From Octopus bimaculoides (lineage: Eukaryota): a DNA stretch of 51,740 bases. The position numbers were made by a program, and so were the translations under genes. The DNA lies in NCBI RefSeq assembly GCF_001194135.2, contig NC_068985.1:101902100-101953839 (forward strand), written 5' to 3'. Under the pieces are notes generated by a model. It ran no database searches. It saw nothing but the letters and a program-made list of their open reading frames with translations, and was not told the origin of the DNA. This document shows, one piece after another, positions 14,371 to 25,957 of the stretch. How positions within the stretch are numbered: position 1 is the stretch's first letter; each line of letters begins with the position of its first letter.

Positions 14371-15327
14371 TAATTAACATTAAAAAAAAGAGAAAGAAAA
14401 ACAATAGGAATGTTAGAAGCGTGATTACCGCCAATCACTTAGTAAATAAATAGTTTCGTTTTACTACTCGGAATACACAATAGCTTGCTCCAATGGAATC
14501 ATACCAAGATTTCTCGTTCGCTATTTAAGCTATATAAAACCTTATTATTTTTTCAATGGCTTTCTGCATTTCCTTTCGTGCCCAGTCATGCAGCAATTCC
14601 TTTACACTATTGGCCCTATCGGCGTCGGTGGGATTTCTATAAACATGAGTCCAAGATGTTTCTCCAGACAAAATAAACGTACAATTAACGTATATTAACC
14701 TATTGTTGTATAAGTGTTCCATTTCATAGTATAATGCATTAATGTCTTTATATTATATTCACATATCTTCACAGTGGATCCGTTAATGAAATACCCTGTG
14801 TGTGTGTGAAAAAGTTAACGTCTCCTGTCCAATAGATTAATTTTAAAATTATTAGCTTCTTTTTGTAACTTCATTACATCAAGTTAGACACCCACTCAAT
14901 CGAAAATATACTTTCGGAATGAATTGTGTTATAGGTCGCTCGTACAATAATTATATAAACGAAGCTTTTAACTAGATGCATTTTCAGTAGCTGCTATGAA
15001 TTCGGTTTTATTTCAATGTTGAACATCAACTGAAATTAAGACTTGCAAGTATCTATTGTCAGAACTTTTGTCATAAATATCTGTTATATTTAAGATCCAG
15101 TCTCGCCACTGATATATCTGCATGGAAAGTGACCCTAAAGTTGATCACAGTTCGCCTTTCCTATTTAGATTTATATAATAGACTATTTGCATGGGAATTT
15201 ACCAGCCGTTTAATAGCCATTTAATGCAGATTTCATATTGCTACTTACGAAGATGTGTTGTACGTTCCCACTGCGTTATTTACATCAACCAGCTTCAGAC
15301 CAAGGAGAGCGAAATTTAGTTTCCCAT

Positions 15328-15998
15328 GATATTGGTTTCAAATTTTAGTACAATGCCAGCAATTTCGGCAACAATGTTTTATCGACCCGAAAGGATCATA
15401 GGTTAAATCGATCACGGCAGAATCTGAATTCAGAACGTAATGACAGACGTAATGACAGACGTAATGACAGACGTAATGACAGACGTAATGACAGACGAAA
15501 GGCTGCTACGCATCTCAGCCAGCGTGCAAACGACTCTGACAGCTTGCCAACATAGTTTCGCTTGATATTCTTTTCTACTGCACACGCAAGGACCGAAATT
15601 TTTATGAAGGAGGTGCCAGTCGATTAGAGCGACCCCAATAGGCAACTGACACTTAATTTCTTGACTCCGAAAGGATGAAAGGCAAAGTGAACCTCGGCAG
15701 AATTTGAACTCAGAACGTAATGGCAAACGAAATACCGCTAAGCATTTCACCCGGCGTGCTAACGTTTCTTATTACTTTATTGCCCACAAGGGGCTAAAGA
15801 TAGAGGGGACAAACAAGGACAGACAAAGGGTTTAAGTCGATTACATCGACCCAGTGCGTAACTGGTACTTAATTTATCGACCCCGAAAGAATGAAAGGCA
15901 AAATCGACCTCGGCGGAATTTGAACTCACAACGTACAAGCAGACGAAATACCGCTAAGCATTTCGCCCTTCTTGATAACGTTTCTGCCAGCTCGTTCC
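15328..15998 (-). mobile_element. Three head-to-tail copies of tRNA-derived SINE family B (about 15328-15555, 15565-15770, 15771-15998)
   Basis: Each carries the reverse complement of GAGTTCAAATTC (B box) and of gtcgactttgcctttcatcctttcggggtcgataaa. Copies differ in tail subtype. Confidence 0.9.
15435..15497. repeat. Perfect 12-bp tandem repeat (acgtaatgacag) x5 inside a SINE B copy
   Basis: Units at 15435, 15447, 15459, 15471 and 15483. The unit is present once in other B copies (e.g. acgtaatggcaa near 15715). Confidence 0.97.
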
Positions 15999-16142
15999 TT
16001 GGTTTTGCATGATATTAATACACTGACTGAATCGAAACTGACTGATCAATATACTTAGAAAATTTAATGTAGTTTACTTTCCATATAATTATTTCCAGTT
16101 TGCAAATTTCCATTCGAATTCATCTAATTACCATTAAGTTCC

Positions 16143-16378
16143 TCAGTATATGTAAACTGATAGGGCGGCTAGCTGGCAGAAACGTTAGCACGCGGGGCGA
16201 AATGCTTAGCGGTATTTCGTTTGTCTTTATGTTCGGAGTTCAAATTCCGCCGAGGTCGACTTTACGTTTCCATCCTTTCGGGTTCGATAAATTGAGAACC
16301 AGTTGCATACTGTGGTCGATATAATCTACTGGCCCCGTCGCCCAAAATGTTGGTCCTTGTGCCTAGAGGAGAAAAGAG
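16143..16378 (+). mobile_element. SINE family B, near full length
   Basis: agctggcagaaacgttagcacg...gagttcaaattccgccgaggtcgacttt...catcctttcgggttcgataaatt. Inverted relative to the 15771-15998 copy. Confidence 0.92.
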
Positions 16379-17158
16379 TATATGTAAACTGATGCACATG
16401 ATTTTTCGTTGATATATAAGATATACTGTTAGCCTGTTGATTTTGTTGCTTCTGTGTTTATTACTAAAAGTACTTATATACTTATTCTTTAAAAATATGA
16501 CTACTTTATCGAGGAAGGTTTAAATGGGCGTGGATATATTGCTGGGCGTATTCTCAGACAGTGAATGCACGTTAAACTATGACTCTAGTCGTGTTGGTAA
16601 ATGAGCTTCACACATGTAATAAGCGAAGCCACCTTCGCTAGTATAATCGACAGCATTCAAACAGATGTACATTTGCAGCCAGGTAAACATATTTAATGAT
16701 AAATTAATAACTATTTCTAATGCCATGTTTCCTCTTATTTACGCCTGATAATACTATTTAGACTCCTAAACTTGTTACCACAACATTAATATGCTGGATT
16801 CTGTCACTAATCTCCGAGATTATGGTTTTCAAGAGAAATATGTACCGAACAAGATTTCACTGTATTTAAATACAATATTATATATTACACGTGATATTCT
16901 GAAGTGCTGCAGCATCATAACTTAAACAACAAGAGTATTGACATACAGAGATAAGTGATGAATTTTGCCGGAGATATATTTTTATCATATTTCTTTATAT
17001 GCTCACTAACCTAAAGAAATATATTTTGAACGGCTTAATGAAAAATTGAAAATTCACAATGTATACATTCTTCGCTTTGTGTACGAACAGTATTTAAATG
17101 TTTCTGCGCATATCAATGATTGATTGATATATATGCGTGTGTGTGTGTGCGTGTATGC

Positions 17159-17214
<56 letters not shown>

Positions 17215-17216
<2 letters not shown>

Positions 17217-17390
17217 TCTTTTATTTATCATATTACAGCCGCCATACTGGAGTACCGCTGGAGCACCTTGAAGGGTTTTAGTCGAATAAATCGACCACGG
17301 GACTTATTTTTTATAGCCTACTACATATTCTATTGGTTTCTTTTGCTGAACTGCTAAGTTACACGGTCGTAAATACACCAACACCGATCA
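17215..17390 (-). mobile_element. Diverged SINE family A, 3' part
   Basis: ttagtcgaataaatcgaccacgggacttatt...gctgaactgctaagttac aligns to 6890-7095. Confidence 0.8.
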
Positions 17391-17487
17391 GATAGCAGAT
17401 CATAGTTGGAATAAACAAAAAGATTACAGTCATATTCATATACGTTCGTTTGGTCCTTTAATAATTGAATTTTATTGAAAATAGTTA

Positions 17488-17645
17488 CGAAAGCGGTAAA
17501 TTGGCAAAATAGTTACTGCACTAGACAATATACTTAACGGCATTTCTTCCGGCTTTTTACGTTCTGAGTTCAAATGACGCCGCGGTCAATTTTGCGCTTT
17601 ATTCTTTTGACGACGAGAAATTAAGTACCAGTTATGCACAGCGGT
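17488..17645 (+). mobile_element. Diverged SINE family B
   Basis: tacgttctgagttcaaat...aaattaagtaccagtt. Confidence 0.75.
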
Positions 17646-19947
17646 GCATTCTATATCTACTATTTAGATACTCTAGCTACGTGACCGAAACAACAATCGT
17701 AGTCTATAGGTTGTATTTCTACGCTTAATGAAATTAATTCATGTAATTAACATTGTTTAAGCCTCCATCAAGTTTTGTAAGAGCGGTATTGGGCGCAAAA
17801 TCTTATTAGTAAAAACAACACGCACAACTAAATGTCTTCAAATGTAAAATAGGTTATTCATGATTATTGTTTGTTTATTCCAAATAATAATATTAGGGAA
17901 CACTTTTAAATTCAGACATCATTTGTATGATGTATCTTTTGTATTGGTGTCGAATTTAGTTTGATTTGTGCCACTTGCTTTCCACATTTATGGTGTTTTG
18001 TGGGGATTGATAGTGTAACGAAGAAAGTAATATTATAATGTGCAAACCTTTATTCTGCATTCTGTACCTTATATGCGAAAGGATGGATTTAAACGGACAA
18101 GCTCTTGACGGTTGTATAGATATTTCAAAATTATGATGCTATGATACTAGGTGTTTCCATTATTTGTCCAACCCCTGTACAACGTTAAGATTTTGTAATT
18201 AAAAGGACACATTAAGCGGCCAGTGCACGTACCAGAATGTTTAACTGTAGATGTCTCGGTATATGTTGCAATGAAATATATTATTTATTAGAAAGGTGAT
18301 ATGAACTATGAAACACGATGGAAAGCTGTTGATTTAAAATAAAAATCAAAGAAATATTCCTGTTGATATGAAACATCACCTGGAAATTTTCAGATATTGG
18401 ACAAGCCATAACTTCATAATCGACCAGACTTCACAGGAATCCATCAATCTCCCTGCAAGAACTGCCAAACATTATTTTTGAAACCTTGTTAAAATTGTCA
18501 CAAGTCAATTTTCACTGCCACAAATTATGGTTATCATACTGATAGTGTATCAACAATAGCTGGGCTGAACTACAGCGTATTTACAATGTTACAAGATACA
18601 ATGTAATACCTCGTTATTATACAAAACCTAGTTAAACATCAATGCGTTGTAAAATCAAGAGTAATTTATGCACAAAGGTTAAGAGAATTAAAATATTTCA
18701 TAGAGATTGCTTTGAAGATTGGGAATCAAGTTTTATCTCATTTTATCAAATAATTAACATTTTCAATAATTGTCAATGGACACGAATAAATAATAAAATA
18801 ACGTAATCTATTTTTGTCGCTTAAGTGCGGATATATGTACTGGGAAGAGTATTTGCAGTTAGGTATGAAGTCTTAATATTCTTTGTAAGCAGCAAGTGTA
18901 TGCGATCGTGATACATTCTTTGGCCATGAATTTTGCATTTTAAGCGGGAATTATTTTCCGTTAAATTAACTTTCATTTACAAATTCAAGAAGTGGGTTTC
19001 TGAAATGCATTTTTCAATATATGGTTGAAAATTTGCAAGTATAGCACCACTAGTATAAAAAGTTATGTGAATATGATCTAACGCATGGAATGGGAGCAAG
19101 CTATTTGATAGTCCATTCGTTGTGTCACTGGATATTGTATCAGAACAAAGATATGAAACCGAATTAATTATTTGACAATTTATTGAAGAGGAAATTACCT
19201 TCTGATTCGTTGAATACTTGACGTCTGTAGGAATTTAGGAATCGAAATTAGTTATCCATAAAAATTGTTTTATAAACATGTCTAACTATTTTGCCTATCA
19301 CGTATAAGTTGGCAATTTATTTTACCTAATGAAGCATCCAAGAATCGTTTCAGAACAAAATTGATTAAGATCCAGCTGGATAAACAAACTTGTCTCGAAG
19401 TATTTGATTTCGTACAACACGATAACATGTTGTCTGATTACATTGAAAGAATTAGGTTTCATCAATCTGACGTTGCCACATTTCAGTGTATCACGCTCAT
19501 GCGGTTTGTGTTTTCAAATTACATTTTAAGTTTTTATTTTGCTGCGATATGTTCTGGAGGTAATAAATTAGAACAAAAAAGAGTTTTTGATCACTAATTC
19601 ACAAAGAAAACATTCCTGCAATGTGTCATTTGTTGCTTAGATTAAAAATACGGATACATTTCCATCCACTTACTCTGACTGGAGGACGAAGCACTACCCG
19701 TAGATTTCACAGGCCCTTCAAGACCTGTTGAGATAAATTTCGGTAAAAGTGCTTCTTGAGCCATTGCAAACAAACACCTGCGGGAACACATGATGCGAGA
19801 GGATTCTCAAGTTTGCATCGTTTAAAAAAAAAGACAGAATACAGTGACTAGTACGGGACCAGGCAATTTTGAGCGAGGTAAGAGGTGCAGTAAGTCAAGA
19901 ATACCTGAGAGATAAGAATGCTCAGAGCACAGTCAGTCACATTCACA

Positions 19948-20019
19948 ATGGCGAAAAGGAGAGATAGCACACCTGTAGGCCAGAGATTGAAACGCGTTTG
20001 TGGCTGTCAGTATGCCACA
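19948..20019 (+). other. Candidate first coding exon (MAKRRDSTPVGQRLKRVCGCQYAT)
   Basis: acaATGG context, an Inr-like GTCAGTC just upstream, 24 open codons and donor aca|GTATGT in a GC-richer island. No recognised homology. Confidence 0.25.
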
Positions 20020-20100
20020 GTATGTTAGTCGCCTGGATTTTTCTGAATGCAGACGAGAATACCTATGCGCAACAGCAGCAGCACCGTCTCATATATGAAA

Positions 20101-20149
20101 ACAATACGCTGTTGTAGACTTCGCAACTAAATCTACAACAGCGTATTGT
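20101..20149. other. Perfect 18-bp inverted repeat with 13-nt loop
   Basis: acaatacgctgttgtaga (20101-20118) is the exact reverse complement of tctacaacagcgtattgt (20132-20149). Confidence 0.9.
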
Positions 20150-20564
20150 AGACAATAATTATTGTGCGTGATGTATTTTATGCATCTTAGGACAGAAGCC
20201 AAACTTTGAGATTGTGATCCTCGATATGTTAAGCATGTACATTCACGAGAAGAGACACTCGGAAATTGCTAAGTTTGATAATTAGAGTAATCGTTAATTT
20301 TCTTGTTGCCTGCTGCTCATGTTTAATATACATTTCAATAGTTCACATATTTCATATTCATTTATATGACACTCCATCTATTTATTAATTCATCATCAGG
20401 TACTCTGATCCAAAATTCTACCGACCTTGATATAAAGCATATATTACTACAGTACATTGATTATAGTAAAATATCTATAATTCCCTACTTTACATATTTC
20501 GAGATAATTTTATTTACATTTAACACAAAACAACCTTTAATATAAAATACAGAAATAAGTAAGT

Positions 20565-21260
20565 GAAGTGGCAAAGTCGTTAGCGCGCCGAGAAAAAAAA
20601 ATGGCGGCATTACATCCGTCTTTACGTTCTGTTTTCAAGTTCTGTCGTGGTCGACTTTGCCTTTCATACTTACGGAGTCGATAAAATAAGTACAGTTACT
20701 CACTAGTTGTTCGAACGTGTTTGCCTTAAGCCAGAACTTAAACCCGATAGTGCCAACATTTTAAAACGATATTTCATATAACGTACATGCCGGTTAGCAT
20801 TTCGTCCGTTTTCACGTTTTTAGTTCCAATTCTGTCGAGGTCTACGTTGCTTTTCATATTTTGGGGATCGATAAAATAAGTACTATTTGAACACCAGGAT
20901 CGATGTAATCGACTTACCCATTGCCATGTAATTGCTGGACATGTCCCAGAATTTGAGATCAGTATTACATATAATGTTTGTCGGTTCTTACGAGTTCAAA
21001 ACCCACCGAGTTCAACATTGCACTCTATCACTTAGGGGAGGTCGATAAAACAAAAAAAACAGCTGAACACTTGGTTTGATGTATTCAACCTATTCCCTCA
21101 CCCCAAATGCCTGGGTTTATACCAAAATTTGAATCTGATAATAATATATAACATAGGTAATGGACGGCTAGAATCGGTACAGCATCAGACAATATGCCTT
21201 GTACACACTGACTTTGAAATGCTCACTATGTTTCATCCTTCGGGAGACGACAATATGAAA
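20565..21260 (+). mobile_element. Array of 3-4 old SINE family B copies (about 20565-20705, 20790-20965, 20985-21135, 21160-21260)
   Basis: The core gtcgactttgcctttcat...gtcgataaaataagtac recurs with increasing decay. Confidence 0.75.
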
Positions 21261-21830
21261 TGACTGTCGTGAAGGAGGCCTGTTTGTTCCTTCTTGTGGC
21301 AGGGGCCGATTTATTCATTCCCACGACTAAGTAAATGTGTCTATATTACAAGCCGATATCATACAAAAGAAATAACAATAATGATTAACACATTTTCCTT
21401 TATTCAATTTCAGTTTTATACAGCAAACCTCACGATTACATTATCAAATAAAATATATATATTCTTTCACTTTATGGCAACTAATACATTCCATCACATT
21501 TAAGTATATTGCATTAAGAATACATTTTTCCGTAGAGAATTTCTTAAATGAAAAATTGAGGAAAAGAACTGAAGTATACGTAATTTAATGCATGAACACA
21601 CACGTGTATATGTAATTATATATGACTGTGTATGTATGTGTCCATGTATATGTGAATGACGATGTATTTGTGTATGTCTGCGCGTATATATATCATCCTA
21701 TATATCTATATATATACTTCCATATGTTTATTTTATACCTTATATATATATATATATTCAATATAGTACACGCATATGCTCACAAGAATGTATGTGTGTA
21801 TGTATGTATGTATGTATGTATTATGTATAG

Positions 21831-21854
21831 AGATAGATAGATAGATAGATAGAT

Positions 21855-21885
<31 letters not shown>

Positions 21886-21898
21886 CAGATAGACAGAC

Positions 21899-21965
<67 letters not shown>
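21831..21965. repeat. (TAGA)n tetranucleotide microsatellite
   Basis: Read directly; source of the IYLS-repeat ORFs. Confidence 0.97.
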
Positions 21966-23939
21966 CCGACATAAATACATACATATATGTACATACATGC
22001 GTGTGTCTCTTGTATCATTAAGTATGCAATTCCTTCCGAAATATATGCGTGCACAAGTATTCCAGTTTTGATATATTGAAGTAAATGTAGATGCAGTAAT
22101 TTTATTAGATTTTAGGGTGAAATGAGTAGAATGAATCACATTGATCGTAACTGATTTGAATTGAAATGCTCATAACGTATGAGGAAATTTAAAGCAGTAG
22201 GTTACAACTTCATGAGTATATACACTGACATCTGAAAATTGAATCTTTATTATATTTTTCCGTTATCTATTATTCTGTTGTGCAGTAACTTTCTGACAGA
22301 GAGACGTCCAGTCCATGTGCCACGAAGCGCGAATCTATTTCGATAAAATAATATAACTAATCTAAAAACCTTACATATATTCATAAATGTCCTCACAACT
22401 TGTTATGAACATTTTACATTTTCTTTATATTTATTCAAAAAGATGTTCATAGTAAATGGAACATTTGATCTTAAACTAAATTTTACATCCTTCTGAAGTG
22501 AGAGGTCATAATTCAATACGTGGTCCCACATGATTTTCGAAGAAAATGTCACTCACTATTTACTTTCTTTGTAATATACTCTTGTATATGGCTACATAAT
22601 TTTTCTGCAACATTATCCCATTCGTTCAATATGAATCTTATCATGACGCAACTATATTTATTTTAATTGTTGATATCGGATATAAACAAATCGGAGGCGG
22701 TTGTTACTACTCTGGGGCTGTGGAGAGTTCAAAACAGAACACTGACAAGCCACAGGACTTCCAGTTTCGCAAATTAAAAATCAAGTACCAAACAGTCCGT
22801 ACGCCATAGTTAGACACTAGTCCGACGGACAGCTGAAAATTCCCAGGGATGTTTTAAATAACGAACAGAATCGTTAGGTTGACTCAGAAATATACCGATA
22901 TGTAAACATTCCGGAACTGTCTTGAGAACACAGCAAACGCCTACATCCATATTGTTAAATTTGATTACTTGGTCATATTGACTCTCATATATAAACTGTA
23001 ATTAAATTGGCATATCAACTCCGCTTCCCATTAAACTAATGCATTCTGCTAGAATGGCGCGTGATATGCAGGCAGCACCCTTAGATTTCGGGCTAGGCAT
23101 CAGATTCCTTGAGCTCATTACTAGGTCTGAGACGAATTGAAATGGTTATATTATAATTAACAATTCCGAACTATTTTGTCAACGATAGCAATAGCCAGCC
23201 AATAAGGCACGATAACTCTATCAATGCCCGGACAATATTATAGAGTCCTTTGATAGTATTCTGATATATATATATTCAGGCGCCATTTCTAAATTATCTT
23301 CAAGCCAAGCAGTCACATATGCAAATGCTGATGTATATACATTTCATCATATAATTTTTTCTCGACTTGCATTTTAGAAGCACACTATGCTTCACACACC
23401 CCACGGACAAACACATGCACGTGCACGTGTATACATACGCACACACATACATACAAAAATACATATACACTCCCCCTCCACACACACATATATATACATG
23501 CTTTATCACGTTATTTATATTCAGGTTTTGATTTCTAGTCTATTTGATTTCAGGGGTCAAACTTCAATCTTCTCATGACCCTACATTTGGTGTGCAAAAG
23601 TTTTTCCCTTTCTATTGGAAATTGACAAGAATTTTCTATGTTAACTCTGTTTTTTCACAAAATATTTCATTTGATTTCATATATTCTTGTTCCCAATCAT
23701 TTTTTTGAACCAAGTTGTTTGTTTTCTAGAAAATATTGAGCTACCAACTGCATAAGATTGTTCCTCTCACGAGGATAGTAGCATGCAACTCATCACTACA
23801 GCAGCTCTATGTATTAATGGTTAAGAGGTATGCGAGGATGGAAAAACAAGGTGAACAAGCTTATATACTTTCATTTAAGCGATAAAAAACTCGTTGAAAT
23901 ATTTGCTCGGTAAATACAGTGTTATACTTCTAGAAATTT

Positions 23940-24600
23940 AAGGCATAGCACCAAAGATTTGGTTGGATATTTTGGGGATTGCGGTGAATTGCAAAAGTGA
24001 TGCAACCATGATATACTTTTATCGATAGAAGGAAGGGGAATGCTCAGAAACGCTTTATAGACTGGTGGGGTGCTAAAAGAAAGATATCCTGAAATCAGAC
24101 GCATGGTCCGGTTGCTTCCAACAGAATCGAATTTGGTAAAGGCATGTAAGGTCCAGGTAGGGATGTTGAATCGAGTGATGGAGCCAGGCTTCCAAAGAAG
24201 TAAGCCCTAGTAAGATTTGAAATCAGAATTGAAGAAATCAGAACAACTTCGACAATGTGTCTCCTTTGAATCTAATGCTTCTGCCAAAAACGTCCAATTA
24301 TACCATATATTTATTGATCGGCAAAATTGTAGAAAATGTTGACTGAAGCAGAATTCGATCTCAGAAGGCTCAAGTTGCAGAGTTACTAATTCCAGGCATT
24401 TCATAAAATATCTAACGACCCTATCAAGAAACTCAAAATGACAGTTTCAAAACAATTAGAAATAAATTTGAGAATGAAGTTGCAGTGAAACCACTCACAG
24501 AGACCTCGATTTGGAAGGTGCCTAATCCTTATCAAGTTTAGGAATTGTTGTTTGAAGAATATCAATGATTTAAATGAGAAAGCTGACAATATTTTGACAA
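23940..24600 (+). mobile_element. Possible decayed BEL/Pao-like pol fragment
   Basis: Ordered weak motifs across frames: RFGWIFWG, DGARLPK (cf. DGRYxVxLPW), YHIFID..GKIVENV (cf. YxxxFxxW..GIIExV), KVPNPYQV*ELL (cf. KGPNL..ELL). Many stops. Confidence 0.25.
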
Positions 24601-25048
24601 GTTCTTTTCGATTAGACGAGTACGTTGAATGCTGGTGGAGGCGGTCAACTCTTTTAATGGAAAATAAGATAGAAGAAAGAGTTCTAGAGAATTACCATTA
24701 AAACATAAACCTTCCATTGAAGTTCTTATCAGCAAATTTTCGATGTGTAAACGTATCAACACCTACAACAAAATGAGCTGTTGTCTGCCGTGAAACAAAA
24801 ATAATGCCGGAAAGATTCGTTTTTAAACAAAGGATCACCAAGCAATTGATAAGGCAAGTTTGTGTAGTTGTAAGAATTGAAGCATTAACTTGTGCATGCC
24901 GTGAACAGATTTTACAAAATAGCTTATGATATTGTAACTCATTTATGCCTATTGAAGTGAATGTCAATGGTTGCTACGTCGCTGATAATTTTGGCAATGT
25001 CATGACATCTAGCGTGTCACATTGCAAAACAAAGATAAATTATACTAT

Positions 25049-25273
25049 TAGGAGGGGGTGCTGAAAAGTTCCTGGCTCTAAGGGTATAGCGAAAATCCTG
25101 GATGGATGACCAACATTCCTTCCAATTTCTTTTACTGTGCTTAGAAAAACTGAAGGACCGCTGCAATATGTATGTGAATCTGAGAGCGGAATATGCTGCA
25201 TAAAATCATTATTAAGTTATCCTCTTCTATGTTTTTAAACCAAAAGCTAGGAACTTTAGAGGACCCCCTCGTA
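25049..25273 (+). mobile_element. Mariner-derived MITE with 29-bp terminal inverted repeats
   Basis: Left TIR taggagggggtgctgaaaagttcctggct (25049-25077) matches the reverse complement of 25245-25273 (tacgagggggtcctctaaagttcctagct) at 24/29, with TA ends. The interior keeps KLKDRCNMYVNLRAEYAA*, like a mariner C-terminus. Confidence 0.88.
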
Positions 25274-25577
25274 AAATTCGCGGTCTTATACGTTAAATAT
25301 GAGATTTACAGATGATGCTCCTTTTCCCGGTTACTTTTTGTGTAATCATAAATTTTACAGAAAATCTGCGTAGCATTTATGCTTGGGTAAAAAACCCACT
25401 GAGCGCCGTCTGTATATGGATAATGTAAAGCGATTTTCTCCCAATCAGAATAACAAAATGAAACACTTGTAAAGTGTGTAAGTTAGTGATACCATGTGAC
25501 TGGAATGATGTTTACGATTTCAAAATAAATTAGAGTTGACTGTAAAAGACGGAAGTGGAAGCCATGTAACCATCAGC

Positions 25578-25957
25578 TACATATATCCGTGATGTGCGTA
25601 GAATCATCCTAGAAATAGAACCAAGAGTGCCACTTACTTTTGACATATCTTCATTTCTTATATTTCAGACATTTGAAAATTCGTAGAAATGTTTAATTTA
25701 CTTAACCATTTTCCCTCCATACTAACTGTATGTTGGTCGCTTGGGATGACTACGTTTCTAATTTACATATTTTTTCCTCTTTCTCCACTACCATTTCGTC
25801 TATTTCGAATGTGGGCTATCACCCTATCAAATTAAACTTTAAAATCACACAAGATTTTAAATATACTTTCTATAATACTATTTTTGGCCATATGTGTGTA
25901 CCATTTCTTGACTACCAAATCAGTCTTTTCAGATTCAAATACATTTTATCGATACAC
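25578..25957. repeat. Copy 1 of a ~380-bp direct duplication
   Basis: Colinear with 26477-26857 at an offset of about 900 bp (e.g. cacttacttt at 25631 and 26531; gtgtaccatttcttgactacc in both). Roughly three-quarters identical by eye. Confidence 0.92.

Noticed and set aside
15435-15497. Regular short repeats suggesting a CRISPR array
   Set aside because: Units are contiguous 12-mers with no spacers, inside a SINE in eukaryotic DNA.
16600-16682. ATG-initiated frame ending at cag|GTAAAC
   Set aside because: No promoter-like context or homology; indistinguishable from chance.
21733-22139. Repetitive-peptide ORFs (IYLS, YI, CV, HT, poly-L/V/R/I) here and throughout the window
   Set aside because: They are translations of microsatellites with no complex coding sequence.
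22677-22810. GYKQIGGGCYYSG peptide resembling a C-type lectin start
   Set aside because: No convincing splice sites, no further lectin motifs, and a stop follows.
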